Positions 49,273 through 59,858 of a DNA stretch of 64,000 bases are shown here, one piece after another. Source of the stretch: Patescibacteria group bacterium (GTDB lineage: Bacteria; Patescibacteriota; Dojkabacteria; JAKAPS01); NCBI GenBank assembly GCA_025450075.1, contig JANWIC010000009.1, positions 38,368 to 102,367 on the forward strand. Reading direction: 5' to 3'. The notes under the pieces were generated by a model. The model was not told the origin of the DNA. It searched no databases and saw only the letters and a program-made list of their open reading frames with translations. Made by a program: the position numbers and the translations under genes. Position 1 is the first letter of the stretch, and each line of letters begins with the position of its first letter.

Positions 49273-51234
49273 ATGGGAAAAATTATTGAATTAAAAGAAA
49301 TTACGAAAAGATATCACTTAAAGGAAGAAGTGGTGGTTGCACTTGATGCGCTATCAGTAGAAATCTATGATAATGAATTCATTGTTATTATGGGGCCTTC
49401 TGGAAGCGGCAAATCAACTCTTGTTAATATCCTTGCTGGAATGGATCATCAGGTAAAAGGTTCTTTGTTATATAAAGGTATTGATATTTATCATGGAAGC
49501 AAAAAAATACTTTGGTTATATAGGCAAAAAGTAGTAGGACTTGTCTTTCAAACTCTCAACCTCATACCTGGGACAACTGTTGGATATAATATAAAGTTGC
49601 CAAGATATATTTCATCAATCAAAGAAAGCAGTATCAATTTTGATAAGGATTTGTTGCTTAATGATTTAGGTATTAAACTTAAAAAGTCATCCATTGTGGA
49701 TAATCTCTCACTTGGTGAGCAGCAGCGTGTAGCTATAGCCAGGGCTTTAATGAATGATCCAGATATCTTAATAGCTGATGAACCAACTGGAAACCTGGAT
49801 AGCGCGAATGGGACTAGGCTTATGGAAATTCTTATTCATTTGCACAAAGAAAGTAAAAAAACAATTGTTATTGCAACCCATAACCCAGAGATAGCGCTTG
49901 CAGCTGATAGGGTAATATATCTAAAAGACGGGAGAATTGATCGAATAGAGGTTCATACAGACAAAAGTTCTCAAGAATTGGCGGCTGGTGGAATGCATAC
50001 TATACAAACAGGTCGATTCGACATGTTGAAAAAAATAGCTCTTGCATTTTTCAACCTAAGGAAGGATTTTATGAAATATTCATTGATGACGTTCGCATTC
50101 GGTGTTTTTATATCCATTCTCGTATCAATTAGCTTGTTTAGTTATGTTGTAATAAATAACTTATTGCTTGCATTTGCTCCCCATTCATTTTCACAGACAT
50201 ATGAGCTTACACAGCCATTGTTACAAAAGCTTCCTGATATTCCTATTACTCAACATACAATTGACACACTTAATCGTTTACCTGGAGTAGGAAGTGCTTA
50301 TCCTATTACTCATTTTTATGGAGATATGGTTTACAACCATACAAGCAAGACTCTTTATGCTGCAACCGGCTCATCTGTAACAAAAGCAAGACAATCGGAA
50401 GAAACCATTTCTTCTGGAAGATATTTTTTGAAAGATGACGAACATAGCATTATCTTAACCCCATCTTCTCTTCATGTATTGGGTATCACAAATGGAGGTG
50501 ACATAATTGGCAAGAAAATTGAATTGGATGTATCCCTGAATCCAGATACAGCAAAAACTCAACAAATACAAGTTTATGTTACAGTTGTGGGAATTTTAAA
50601 AAATGACTTAATGCTTTTTCCAAATCTTCTTCCTTCTAATTTCTTCTCAATTGCTGGATTTAAAGGAACTGAACCATTTGATTCTGCATATATATATGTC
50701 CAGGATCCAAGTTATATCGGAAATGTAGGGAGTAAAATACAAAATATGAGATATCAATCAATTCTGCTATCAGATATGACCAAAGGAAGCTCTGACGGTG
50801 CAGCTATTACTCAAAGCTGGTTGTTCATTATTGGATTTGTTGTTCTTACAACAGTGGTTTTCAGTATGATCAATTTCTTAACTGTAATTTTTAATGAAAG
50901 AATTCGAGAGGTAGGTATATTGAAAGCAATTGGTGCAAGTGCAAAAGATATTATATTTCTTTATGCTTGGGAAGGTGCATTTATAGGAATTGGGATAGGG
51001 TTTATTGCTGTTCTTTTGTGCATTCAAGAAATTTCAATATTAAATAGCTTTTTACAAACCCAGTTCCTTCAAAATGCTACAGTTACATCTACTATTGGAA
51101 TTACATATGGTGGAAGTGAGAAGGCCATAACTTTTATTGTAAGTATTTTAGTCGGAATCTTAACAATTGCTTATCCAGCGATTTGGGGTGCACGGATAAA
51201 TATTATGAAGGCACTTGGAAGGGGAATATCATAA
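49273..51234 (+). CDS. MacB-like fused ABC ATPase-permease
   Basis: Same NBD motifs as the upstream copy; ERIREVGILKAIGA FtsX motif. Confidence 0.9.
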   Translation: MGKIIELKEITKRYHLKEEVVVALDALSVEIYDNEFIVIMGPSGSGKSTLVNILAGMDHQVKGSLLYKGIDIYHGSKKILWLYRQKVVGLVFQTLNLIPGTTVGYNIKLPRYISSIKESSINFDKDLLLNDLGIKLKKSSIVDNLSLGEQQRVAIARALMNDPDILIADEPTGNLDSANGTRLMEILIHLHKESKKTIVIATHNPEIALAADRVIYLKDGRIDRIEVHTDKSSQELAAGGMHTIQTGRFDMLKKIALAFFNLRKDFMKYSLMTFAFGVFISILVSISLFSYVVINNLLLAFAPHSFSQTYELTQPLLQKLPDIPITQHTIDTLNRLPGVGSAYPITHFYGDMVYNHTSKTLYAATGSSVTKARQSEETISSGRYFLKDDEHSIILTPSSLHVLGITNGGDIIGKKIELDVSLNPDTAKTQQIQVYVTVVGILKNDLMLFPNLLPSNFFSIAGFKGTEPFDSAYIYVQDPSYIGNVGSKIQNMRYQSILLSDMTKGSSDGAAITQSWLFIIGFVVLTTVVFSMINFLTVIFNERIREVGILKAIGASAKDIIFLYAWEGAFIGIGIGFIAVLLCIQEISILNSFLQTQFLQNATVTSTIGITYGGSEKAITFIVSILVGILTIAYPAIWGARINIMKALGRGIS

Positions 51235-51263
51235 TTGACACATAATTCGCTATTCATTACAAT
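51235..51263 (+). promoter_or_regulatory. Sigma70 promoter upstream of the degenerate Clp gene and T4SS-like cluster
   Basis: TTGACA-17 bp-TACAAT. Confidence 0.65.
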
Positions 51264-51282
51264 AACATAAACTGCCAAATTC

Positions 51283-53010
51283 ATGAAAAAATCAATTGTT
51301 AAGAAAATATTAAAAGATTGTGAATATTGTGTAAAAGAAATAGGAAGAGATGTGATTAGCGCCAACATACTGCTATATGTCCTTATACTCGATCCTGAAG
51401 TGCATGGAGAGCTATTATTAAACAACACTGATATGCATACTCTCCATTTTCTTCTTAACCCATACCATGTCAGGAAAAATACTCCTCTTAAAATATCAGT
51501 CAGTGAAGAAGTAAAATCTATTCTAAATGGAAGCGAAAATGATGCTAGCGCTTTAGATATCTTTAAAGGTGCAATCAAACAAAAATATATTAAGGATATT
51601 TTTACGAAAGCAGGTTATGTTCCCGGAAATGATCAAAATACCATTTTATCAAAATATACAAAGAAAATAGACGATGGGGTAGCTCATCAGGAAGATATAG
51701 ATAAGTATGAAAAGATAACAAATCATTTAGGAAACAGGAATGTTATGATAATGGGAGCAATGGGATCCGGCAGATTTGAATTTATAAAATCATATGCAAA
51801 GTATAGTAGTGCGAATTTTTCCATCTATTATTTTGATTTATTTAAATGCTTAAAACTTGAAGAAGATCGTCTATTTGGCATTGTCAACGGTATATTTGAT
51901 GAATTAAGAGATGATTATCTCTATATCCCCAATTTTTTGAAAGTAATGATTTGGGTTCGTTCGCTAAAAATGCATAATATATATATACTTCTTGAAGAAC
52001 TTGCCAATAGGGGAAAAATAATTACAAAGGTAAATAAAAATACATTTGATTCAAAAGAATTTCAATTAAGTAAACAATTTAATTTCTTTTCAATTAATAT
52101 TCCGCCAATAACGATAGATCAGTTGTATGGCATTCTCAATTCATATGCTTTTGCATATGAAAAATTTTATCATATTAATATTCCAAAAGAAGAAATTAAA
52201 AGAATAATAAAGGAAGCAAATTTTAAAGATACTGCGCTTGCTCAACCAGGTAAATCATTAAAAAGGCTCATGCATTTTGCAATGATCACTTATGGCCAAG
52301 ATGAGACAATTTTACAGAAACCTAAAGATAAGGGGAGTTTTAGTGAAAACCTATCACTTGAACAACATCTAAATAAATCAATAATTGGACAAGCGAGAGT
52401 CATTGAGGAAATATCATATGAAATTGGTAAAATTAATTTTCTTGAAGGCGGTATTGTTAAATCCTTCCTTTTTCAAGGAGAAATAGGGTGTGGAAAATTG
52501 AAAACTGCAACAGAGATGAGCAAATTCCTTTTTGGAGAAGATTCTCTTCGATATATAGATATGGGAGTTTACAGCCAATTTCCATTCAAGATGAAAATAT
52601 ATGAAAAGTTAGATCGATTAATCCAGACAATGTATGGAGGTATCATATTTATAGATAATTTTGAAGAATTAGATACAACACAAATAGATATCTTTTCATA
52701 TATTAAAATGAAGGTAAAAGAAGCAAATTTTGAAGGTCTTATGGCCCCAATTATTATCATTGCTTCGAGTAGGAAACCTGTTACAGAGATACCAAACTAT
52801 GCATATATAATTGAACATTTTGATAAAATAGTGTATTTTAATAAGCTGACGATTCGGGATCTTGAAAAAGTAGCTGAAATTCAATTAATGAAAATAAAAG
52901 GAATAATTCAGACGGATAAGGTATTTAGTACGTTCGTTATAAGCGCTCAAGCAAATCCCCAGCTCAATGCGTTGGGAATCAAGAAGTTGATTACATCCAT
53001 GTGTTTGTAA
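51283..53010 (+). CDS. Highly degenerate ClpA/B-like protein
   Basis: YEKFYHINI, QPGK, LNKSIIGQ, SFLFQGEIGCGK, IDM, FDKIVYFNKL. Confidence 0.7.
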   Translation: MKKSIVKKILKDCEYCVKEIGRDVISANILLYVLILDPEVHGELLLNNTDMHTLHFLLNPYHVRKNTPLKISVSEEVKSILNGSENDASALDIFKGAIKQKYIKDIFTKAGYVPGNDQNTILSKYTKKIDDGVAHQEDIDKYEKITNHLGNRNVMIMGAMGSGRFEFIKSYAKYSSANFSIYYFDLFKCLKLEEDRLFGIVNGIFDELRDDYLYIPNFLKVMIWVRSLKMHNIYILLEELANRGKIITKVNKNTFDSKEFQLSKQFNFFSINIPPITIDQLYGILNSYAFAYEKFYHINIPKEEIKRIIKEANFKDTALAQPGKSLKRLMHFAMITYGQDETILQKPKDKGSFSENLSLEQHLNKSIIGQARVIEEISYEIGKINFLEGGIVKSFLFQGEIGCGKLKTATEMSKFLFGEDSLRYIDMGVYSQFPFKMKIYEKLDRLIQTMYGGIIFIDNFEELDTTQIDIFSYIKMKVKEANFEGLMAPIIIIASSRKPVTEIPNYAYIIEHFDKIVYFNKLTIRDLEKVAEIQLMKIKGIIQTDKVFSTFVISAQANPQLNALGIKKLITSMCL

Positions 53011-53072
53011 ATTATGTTTAATTTATATTCGTTTTTTGATATCATTGATATGTCCTTATACAGCAATTTTGG

Positions 53073-55046
53073 ATGAAGCAGCATACTGTTCCACAAAATA
53101 TAATGAGTGTGGAGTTTAAGATAATAGGGGACTTGAGTATAAGGCAATTTATTTATATTAGTTTGTCTGGTGGTCTTGCCTTTATCTTTTGGCTTACATA
53201 CTTGCCGGGAATTATAAAATATACCCTTATTTTCATTTCGGTAGTATTAGGATTATTAGTAACGTTCGCTAAGATAAATGAACGGCCATTTGACCAATGG
53301 ATTACTAATTTTATTACAGCTGTCATGCTGCCTACTCAGCGGATTTGGGCAAAACATCATGAATTGCCGTATTATTTAGAAGAACAACCTGCTCCAACTT
53401 CAAAAGTTGAAGATCAGAAAAAAGAAAAGGGGTATCAGAAAGTGGTTTCATATCTTAATTCACGAAACCTCCCTACTGATGAAATGTATAAATCGAACAC
53501 TGTACTTGATATTGAAGAAATAAAAATGCTTACAAATATAGGAAAATTAATGAATCAAGCGATGACTCCTGACCCTGATGCAATTTTGCAAGCAGCGGCA
53601 GCGCCAGTTCAGGTTCCAAATCCAGCACAAGCGGTAATTCCTCCACAGCAAAGCAATGCAAATATACCCATTGAACCCCTTGTACAACCTACAACTCCAA
53701 TTCAACCTAAAGTAGAAATACCGGTTCAGCAGGTGGCACAACCACAGCATGTAGTGATTCCTCCACCAGTTTCAGTTCCTCCTACACCACCTGGGATGAC
53801 ATCTATTCCTGATCCAATCGTCCAGCCGGCTGTAAATGTTTCTTCAGTGCAATCACCATATCCACAGGTACAGACTCCTGCACCCCAGCAAATTGACCCA
53901 CCCATTGTTATTCCGGAAGCAATCCCTGATAAGGAAAAGCCGGTTCAAGATGAAATCATTACGATAGAGCCAAACACGGTGGTAAAATTGGATGATTTAA
54001 AAAATCTAAAATCCAGCGTATTAGATTCCCTAGACAATGAATTAAAAAGCTTGGATACAAGAACAGCAGTAATTGAACCTAAAACGGAAACTCAAAAACA
54101 ACAGACTGAGCTTGAAGCATCACTTGCAGATTTAATTCCTAATTTTGGAGGTCCTCTGCCACCACTTCCACCAAAACAAACTCCTGAAACACCCCCAGCA
54201 CCTCCAGTGATAGTAGTACCTGATACAGCATCAATACCTGAACCGAAAATGGAAATACCGGAAGTTGTCATGAAGGAACCAGATGTTACTAGTGAGCCGA
54301 TTAAAACCTCAGTCATTGAACAGCCTTTCGAACAGATACCAGAAGAAAGAGTTCCTGAATATACTCAAACAATTGATGAGCCAGTAGTTGTGATCAATGA
54401 ATCAGATATTGTCCATCCTGAAGATGTTGTTACATCTATCCAGGAAACTGAAGCCCCTCCAGTACAGCCGGTAACAGTAGATACTGTTGTAGCAGCAGAG
54501 CCGCAAGTTATTCAAACTGAAATAGTAGCCCCTGATGTGGAAAATCGTCCTCAAGCAATGACTTCTGATGAATTAGCAATTTTACAAGAAGAAAATCGAA
54601 GATTACGGGAAGAATTATTAAAAGCCAAAACCGAGGCATATCCAATTACTGATCAGCAACCTGAACAGGTAGAAGTAAGAGATGATAACAAAATATTAGG
54701 ACATATGCCTGATTTTGTTAATTTCCCAAATGTTTTAAGCGGAGTAGTTGTTGATTCAAACGATAAAACTGTTGAGGATGTAGTAATAATCATTAAGAAT
54801 AAATCAAAACAGATTATGAGGGCAATGAAAACAAATATTCTCGGACAATTCTATTCTCGAAATCCTCTTCCTAATGGAAACTATGATATTGAAGCAAATA
54901 AAGAAGGATATGTTTTTGAGAACATGGGGATCAATTTGACCGGAGTCGTCATGAAGCCTATGATTATAAGGACGAAGAAATTTTCAAGTATCCAAAGTGG
55001 AACCGAATTTAATTTAATGAATAACTCAAACGATGGCAGCAAATAG
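53073..55046 (+). CDS. PrgI-family protein with long Pro-rich linker and C-terminal carboxypeptidase-regulatory-like domain
   Basis: QHTVPQNIMSVEFKIIGDLSIRQF, 2 TMs, INERPFDQW; C-terminal SGVVVD...KTNILGQF...LPNGNY. Confidence 0.8.
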   Translation: MKQHTVPQNIMSVEFKIIGDLSIRQFIYISLSGGLAFIFWLTYLPGIIKYTLIFISVVLGLLVTFAKINERPFDQWITNFITAVMLPTQRIWAKHHELPYYLEEQPAPTSKVEDQKKEKGYQKVVSYLNSRNLPTDEMYKSNTVLDIEEIKMLTNIGKLMNQAMTPDPDAILQAAAAPVQVPNPAQAVIPPQQSNANIPIEPLVQPTTPIQPKVEIPVQQVAQPQHVVIPPPVSVPPTPPGMTSIPDPIVQPAVNVSSVQSPYPQVQTPAPQQIDPPIVIPEAIPDKEKPVQDEIITIEPNTVVKLDDLKNLKSSVLDSLDNELKSLDTRTAVIEPKTETQKQQTELEASLADLIPNFGGPLPPLPPKQTPETPPAPPVIVVPDTASIPEPKMEIPEVVMKEPDVTSEPIKTSVIEQPFEQIPEERVPEYTQTIDEPVVVINESDIVHPEDVVTSIQETEAPPVQPVTVDTVVAAEPQVIQTEIVAPDVENRPQAMTSDELAILQEENRRLREELLKAKTEAYPITDQQPEQVEVRDDNKILGHMPDFVNFPNVLSGVVVDSNDKTVEDVVIIIKNKSKQIMRAMKTNILGQFYSRNPLPNGNYDIEANKEGYVFENMGINLTGVVMKPMIIRTKKFSSIQSGTEFNLMNNSNDGSK

Positions 55047-55776
55047 GATTATGTCAACAACCCAAGATCATCTCGATATAGAAGATGTGAGGGATGATAT
55101 GATGGTTTTAAAAGATGGAAGAGTATGTATTATTCTTGAAACAAGTGCAGTGAATTTCAGCTTACTTTCAGAAATAGAACAGGATGCGAAGATAGCCGCA
55201 TTTGCAGGATTACTCAATTCAATCAATTACAACCTCCAAATAGTTGTACACACAGAAAGTGTTGATGTCTCAAAATATATTGTAACCCTTGAAAATTACA
55301 AGAATAAACAAACGAGTGAGAAGATCAAATACCAAATTTCAAACTATATTGAGTTTATAAAAAACCTTATTAAAAAGAATGATGTGCTTGATAAACGATT
55401 CTATGTTGTAATACCATATATACCTTATGGAGTAAAAAGGACAAGCCCTTTGAGACAAGTATTTGGTAAACCAAATAGAATTCTTGATTTAGGGAGGCTT
55501 CTTGAAACTGCAAAACTTGACCTCTATCCAAAAAAAGATGGAATCGTTAAACTTTTAATTAGAATGGGAATTAAAACGAGGCAACTAACTACAGAAGAAA
55601 TTATTAAGCTTTTTTATAAGCTCTATAATTCAGAAGGGAATACTTTACCAAAATCACGATTTACAGAAGATGATGTTCTTGCTGCAGTAGTTGGAACACC
55701 TAAAAATTACGATACCGTACAGGAAGATATTACTATCCCATATACAAATAATGAACCCAACGACATTAAACAATAA
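55033..55776 (+). CDS. VirB4-associated (TraC-N-like) protein
   Basis: STTQDHLDIEDVRDD...SAVNFSLLSEIEQ...LNS...LDKRFYVVIPY, typical of genes between PrgI and VirB4. Confidence 0.7.
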   Translation: MAANRIMSTTQDHLDIEDVRDDMMVLKDGRVCIILETSAVNFSLLSEIEQDAKIAAFAGLLNSINYNLQIVVHTESVDVSKYIVTLENYKNKQTSEKIKYQISNYIEFIKNLIKKNDVLDKRFYVVIPYIPYGVKRTSPLRQVFGKPNRILDLGRLLETAKLDLYPKKDGIVKLLIRMGIKTRQLTTEEIIKLFYKLYNSEGNTLPKSRFTEDDVLAAVVGTPKNYDTVQEDITIPYTNNEPNDIKQ

Positions 55777-57769
55777 TATAGCACCTCCAACGGTTGATCC
55801 GTTTGGAAAACCTTTACAACCGAAGGAAAATCAAACCCAACCAAAACAGTTGATTCCTATTCAGGAAATAAAGAGTATGGTAACAAGTTTACTTGGAATG
55901 CTACCTTTTTTTAAAACAACCGAGGAACCAATTGATCCTGTATACCAAAAGCGAAAAGAAAACATGCAACGCTTTTCCGATGGAATGGTAGATATCCGTG
56001 ATATAATAGCTCCTTCAGCAATAGAGATTGATTTTGATTATGTAAAGATAAATAAGAAATTTTATAAAACTTACTTTGCTGCACTTTTTCCTCGTTTTGT
56101 ATCATCCAATTGGTTGTCACCTTTGATTAATTTCGAAAAGACACTAGATATCTCAATGTTTTACTATCCTGTAGATTCAAGGGTAGTTATGCAAAAGCTT
56201 CGAAGAAAAATTGCTGAAATGGAAGCAACATTAAATACATTGGCTGAACAAGGTAAAGTGCTTGACCCAAATGTAAAAGTTGCATTGGAAGATGCAAAGA
56301 ATTTACAGGAGCAATTGGCAAAAGGAAGTGAAAAATTTTTCCATTATGCTGTATATATAACGATTCAAGCAGATACTATTGTTGAATTAAATGATATCGG
56401 AAAAAACCTTGAAACAATACTAGGCGCTAGTGGTTTGGTTGTAAAGTCATCATATTTGCAGCAAGAATTTGGTTTCCAATCTACACTTCCTGAGAATAAC
56501 GATAAATTGCAAGTAGTCCGGAATATGGATACTACATCTATAGCCACTACTTTTCCATTTGTCTCATCTGACTTAACATCTGATACTGGTATATTATATG
56601 GAATCAATAAATCTAATAAAAGTTTAGTAATTTATGATAGGTTCACAAGTGAAAACTATAATACAGTCATATTTGCACGGTCTGGTGCAGGGAAAAGTTA
56701 CCTGGCAAAACTTGAAGCGCTTCGATCATTGATGTTGGGGGCACAGGTAATTATCATTGATCCTGAGCGCGAATATGAAAAACTCTGTCAGGCATTAGGT
56801 GGAGCTTACATTTCTTTCTCCCAAGATGGGGCAAGCAAAATTAATCCATTTGACCTATCTGGTATACGGGAACCAGGAGAGGATGAGTTACGTTTTAAAA
56901 TCCTTTCTCTTCACGGGTTATTTAGGATTATGCTTGGGGAAAATGGTGAAAGCTTATCATCAATTGAAAACGCAATTTTGGATAAAGCATTGATTGAGAC
57001 GTACAGACAAAAAGGTATTACTGTAGATGCAAGTACTCAAACAAAAGAACCTCCTCTTTTAGAAGACTTGTTTAAAGTTTTACAAGGAATGGAGGAACCT
57101 GAAGCACAAGGTATTGCAAAGAGATTAGAGAAATTTATACGTGGTAGTGCAACTGGGATCTTTGACCAGCGTTCTAATGTTGAGATCAATAATCCATTCA
57201 CTGTTTTTTCGATTCGTGACTTATCTGATGAATTACGTGCTCCGGCAATGTATCTCATGCTTGACTATATTTGGACTCGAGTGAAGAAAGAAAAAGTAAA
57301 AAGAATCTTAATGGTCGATGAAGCATGGATTTTGATGAAGTATCCTGATAGTGCACAATTTATGAATGCTATTGCAAAGCGTGCACGTAAATATTATCTT
57401 GGTTTGACCACGATTACACAGGATGTTGAAGATTTTCTTTCAACAGATTATGGGAAAGCAATAGTGAATAATGCATCAATGCAGATTCTTCTTAAGCAAA
57501 GTCCTAGTGCAATAGATAATATTCAACGTGTTTTCTTCCTATCTGAAGGAGAAAAGGAACTATTGTTGAATGCGGCACAAGGCGAAGGATTATTCTTTGC
57601 AGGGGCAAATCATGTAGCAATTCAAATTATTGCAAGTCAATATGAACATTCTCTCATTACAACTAACCCAACTGAGACACAAACAGAACCAACCATTCAA
57701 AATCAAAATTTAAGACAGGTTGTGCAGGAACAAGTAAAAGCGGTATCACTTGAAGCTCAAGTTGAATAG
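55751..57769 (+). CDS. VirB4-like ATPase
   Basis: GILYGIN, IFARSGAGKS, IIDPEREY, INPFD, MVDEAW, KRARKY, ITQDVEDF. Confidence 0.9.
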   Translation: MNPTTLNNNIAPPTVDPFGKPLQPKENQTQPKQLIPIQEIKSMVTSLLGMLPFFKTTEEPIDPVYQKRKENMQRFSDGMVDIRDIIAPSAIEIDFDYVKINKKFYKTYFAALFPRFVSSNWLSPLINFEKTLDISMFYYPVDSRVVMQKLRRKIAEMEATLNTLAEQGKVLDPNVKVALEDAKNLQEQLAKGSEKFFHYAVYITIQADTIVELNDIGKNLETILGASGLVVKSSYLQQEFGFQSTLPENNDKLQVVRNMDTTSIATTFPFVSSDLTSDTGILYGINKSNKSLVIYDRFTSENYNTVIFARSGAGKSYLAKLEALRSLMLGAQVIIIDPEREYEKLCQALGGAYISFSQDGASKINPFDLSGIREPGEDELRFKILSLHGLFRIMLGENGESLSSIENAILDKALIETYRQKGITVDASTQTKEPPLLEDLFKVLQGMEEPEAQGIAKRLEKFIRGSATGIFDQRSNVEINNPFTVFSIRDLSDELRAPAMYLMLDYIWTRVKKEKVKRILMVDEAWILMKYPDSAQFMNAIAKRARKYYLGLTTITQDVEDFLSTDYGKAIVNNASMQILLKQSPSAIDNIQRVFFLSEGEKELLLNAAQGEGLFFAGANHVAIQIIASQYEHSLITTNPTETQTEPTIQNQNLRQVVQEQVKAVSLEAQVE

Positions 57770-57796
57770 GAGTATAAGATTTGTGAGGTGATATAA

Positions 57797-58078
57797 TTGA
57801 TAAAATTTATCCTAGATTTACTTCCCCCTCGTGCTGATGTTTACCAAATTCCCGAACTTTCAAACACAATAAATAACATTACTGATACGATTGCTTGGAT
57901 TGTATTGAGTCTACTCATCTTATTTATCATTAGTTTTGGAGTTCAATTCATTTTGGCAGCGGATAGTCCACAAGAACGTGTTAAGCTAAAAAACAAAATC
58001 ATTTGGGCTCTTGTTGGTCTATTCATTATCTTAACAGCAAAACCATTAAGTATATGGATTCAATCAATTGTAAAATAA
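57797..58078 (+). CDS. VirB2/TrbC-like pilin
   Basis: GAGGTG SD before TTG; two TMs separated by GVQFILAADSPQERVKLKNKIIWALVGL. Confidence 0.7.
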   Translation: MIKFILDLLPPRADVYQIPELSNTINNITDTIAWIVLSLLILFIISFGVQFILAADSPQERVKLKNKIIWALVGLFIILTAKPLSIWIQSIVK

Positions 58079-59205
58079 AGAGTATATGGTATAGATTACA
58101 CAGTCAGCTTGTTGATCTATTTCCTTTTGTTCTAGTCTTTATCCTTATTTTTGCATTTTCTATCAACACCTTGACCAGTACATATATAGGAAATACAAAT
58201 GCGAATACTTCATTCATTGTATCAAAGAACCAGATAGGTGATGGGCCATCAGAAGAATGTTTCACTAATTTTTCATTAAATATATTCAGCACGGGTATTT
58301 CTTTTTTAGTTTGTCATCTTTCATTTTTCTTTGATGATTATGTTGCATTTACACATAACCTTTTCTCTCCATCAGACACTTTATATTCATCTTACCAAAA
58401 TGAATTATATTTACCGATGAAAAGACTTGCATTTATATTATTACCGCTCTCATTTTTGATAGCTGTAGCAATAAATATCCTTCGAGCAATGATTGATTTT
58501 GGAAGTGATATTCATGTCTTACGGTATATCCAAGAACTGTTATTCTCTCTAATCATACTTTTGATTCTTCCAGCTATTGGAAGGTTTAGTATTGATTTAA
58601 ATAACGGCATCTCCAGCTATATTATATCTACAATAACAGGTGGATATACTTCTCAAAATGGTCTCGCATCGTTGATTTCACAAAATATCAATATCAATGA
58701 AATTGCACAGCAACAATTTATACCAGCAGTAGCATCCAATATCTTATGGATATCATTTTTTATAGCTATGCTATTTCTTGTGATCTTTTTTATTGTTCGT
58801 TTTATAGTTATATGGCTTGTGTTTTTAGTACTTCCATTACTGATTTCTTTAGAATTTATTCCTTATATGAAAGGAATCAAAGAGACAATTATTACAAAAC
58901 TTTGTCAGTTTATCATTGTTCAACCAGTTTTTCTCTTAGGATTAGGTTTCTTTTTTATTATCATGAAAGAGCAAATGGACAGTATCGCAAAATTTATTCT
59001 TGCGATTTGTTCGCTTATTACCTTAGGATTTATTCCATCATATATATCAAGTGTCTCGGGAGGAAAGTTAATGTCCTTATCAACAAATGATATGAAGCAT
59101 TTCTTTCATAGTGTTGGACAGCGGATTGATATTGCAATTGGCTGGATAGAAGAATCTCTTTCAAAACCTTATGAGCTTCCTTTAGAAAAACCATCCAAGA
59201 AATGA
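58054..59205 (+). CDS. VirB6/TrbL-like polytopic membrane protein
   Basis: About 8 TMs, IVRFIVIWLVFLVLPL, IIVQPV; position within the cluster. Confidence 0.65.
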   Translation: MDSINCKIKSIWYRLHSQLVDLFPFVLVFILIFAFSINTLTSTYIGNTNANTSFIVSKNQIGDGPSEECFTNFSLNIFSTGISFLVCHLSFFFDDYVAFTHNLFSPSDTLYSSYQNELYLPMKRLAFILLPLSFLIAVAINILRAMIDFGSDIHVLRYIQELLFSLIILLILPAIGRFSIDLNNGISSYIISTITGGYTSQNGLASLISQNININEIAQQQFIPAVASNILWISFFIAMLFLVIFFIVRFIVIWLVFLVLPLLISLEFIPYMKGIKETIITKLCQFIIVQPVFLLGLGFFFIIMKEQMDSIAKFILAICSLITLGFIPSYISSVSGGKLMSLSTNDMKHFFHSVGQRIDIAIGWIEESLSKPYELPLEKPSKK

Positions 59206-59206
59206 T

Positions 59207-59413
59207 ATGAAAATTGCTTACTACATCTTAATATTATCTATTGTAGCTATCTGGACAATATTACCTTTACAACTATATATGAAAGTACTTTTAACAATAA
59301 TGGTTATTGGGATTCATATTTGTTTTCAGGTAAAAGTAAAGGATAAGCATCTCTATACATGGATTTTGATTATATTACTATATCTGATGAGGCGAAAAAG
59401 ATATGTCAAATAG
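59207..59413 (+). CDS. Minimal PrgI/VirB3-like protein
   Basis: 2 TMs then QVKVKDKHLYTWI, resembling FAKINERPFDQWI of the 53073 gene. Confidence 0.55.
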   Translation: MKIAYYILILSIVAIWTILPLQLYMKVLLTIMVIGIHICFQVKVKDKHLYTWILIILLYLMRRKRYVK

Positions 59414-59858
59414 GATTGGAGATATACTTAAAATTGATCATATTGAGGGGTCATACATTTTAATGAAAGATAAAACAAAAAAAATTGTTGTTGAAATTTC
59501 TTCTGTTTACGGTGATAAGAATAGTATTTTTCAACCAATCCTATCTTCAATTGATACGGATATTATAGTTTTATATAGGAAATCGTTACTTGTTGAAGAT
59601 GATTACAAAGATTATTTCCATGAAATGATAGAGCGGAATATACAAGCAAAACTTCTTCCGGAAGTACTTGCATATATTAAAGAATTGAAGGTACAACTTG
59701 AAAAAATGTCGCATTATAGTGTGCTTTTTATAATTACTATGAATAATAGAATATCCACTATAGATAGTATTCATACCATGTTTTCTCATCTCAATGTTGA
59801 ATATGAAATCTATGAAAATTATAAATTACAGCAATTTTTGAACACTCTTTTCTTATGA
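59403..59858 (+). CDS. Shortened paralog of the 55033 VirB4-associated protein
   Basis: MSNRIGDILKIDHIEGSYILMKDKTKKIVVEISSV versus MAANRI...DHLDIEDVRDDMMVLKDGRVCIILETSAV. Confidence 0.6.
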   Translation: MSNRIGDILKIDHIEGSYILMKDKTKKIVVEISSVYGDKNSIFQPILSSIDTDIIVLYRKSLLVEDDYKDYFHEMIERNIQAKLLPEVLAYIKELKVQLEKMSHYSVLFIITMNNRISTIDSIHTMFSHLNVEYEIYENYKLQQFLNTLFL

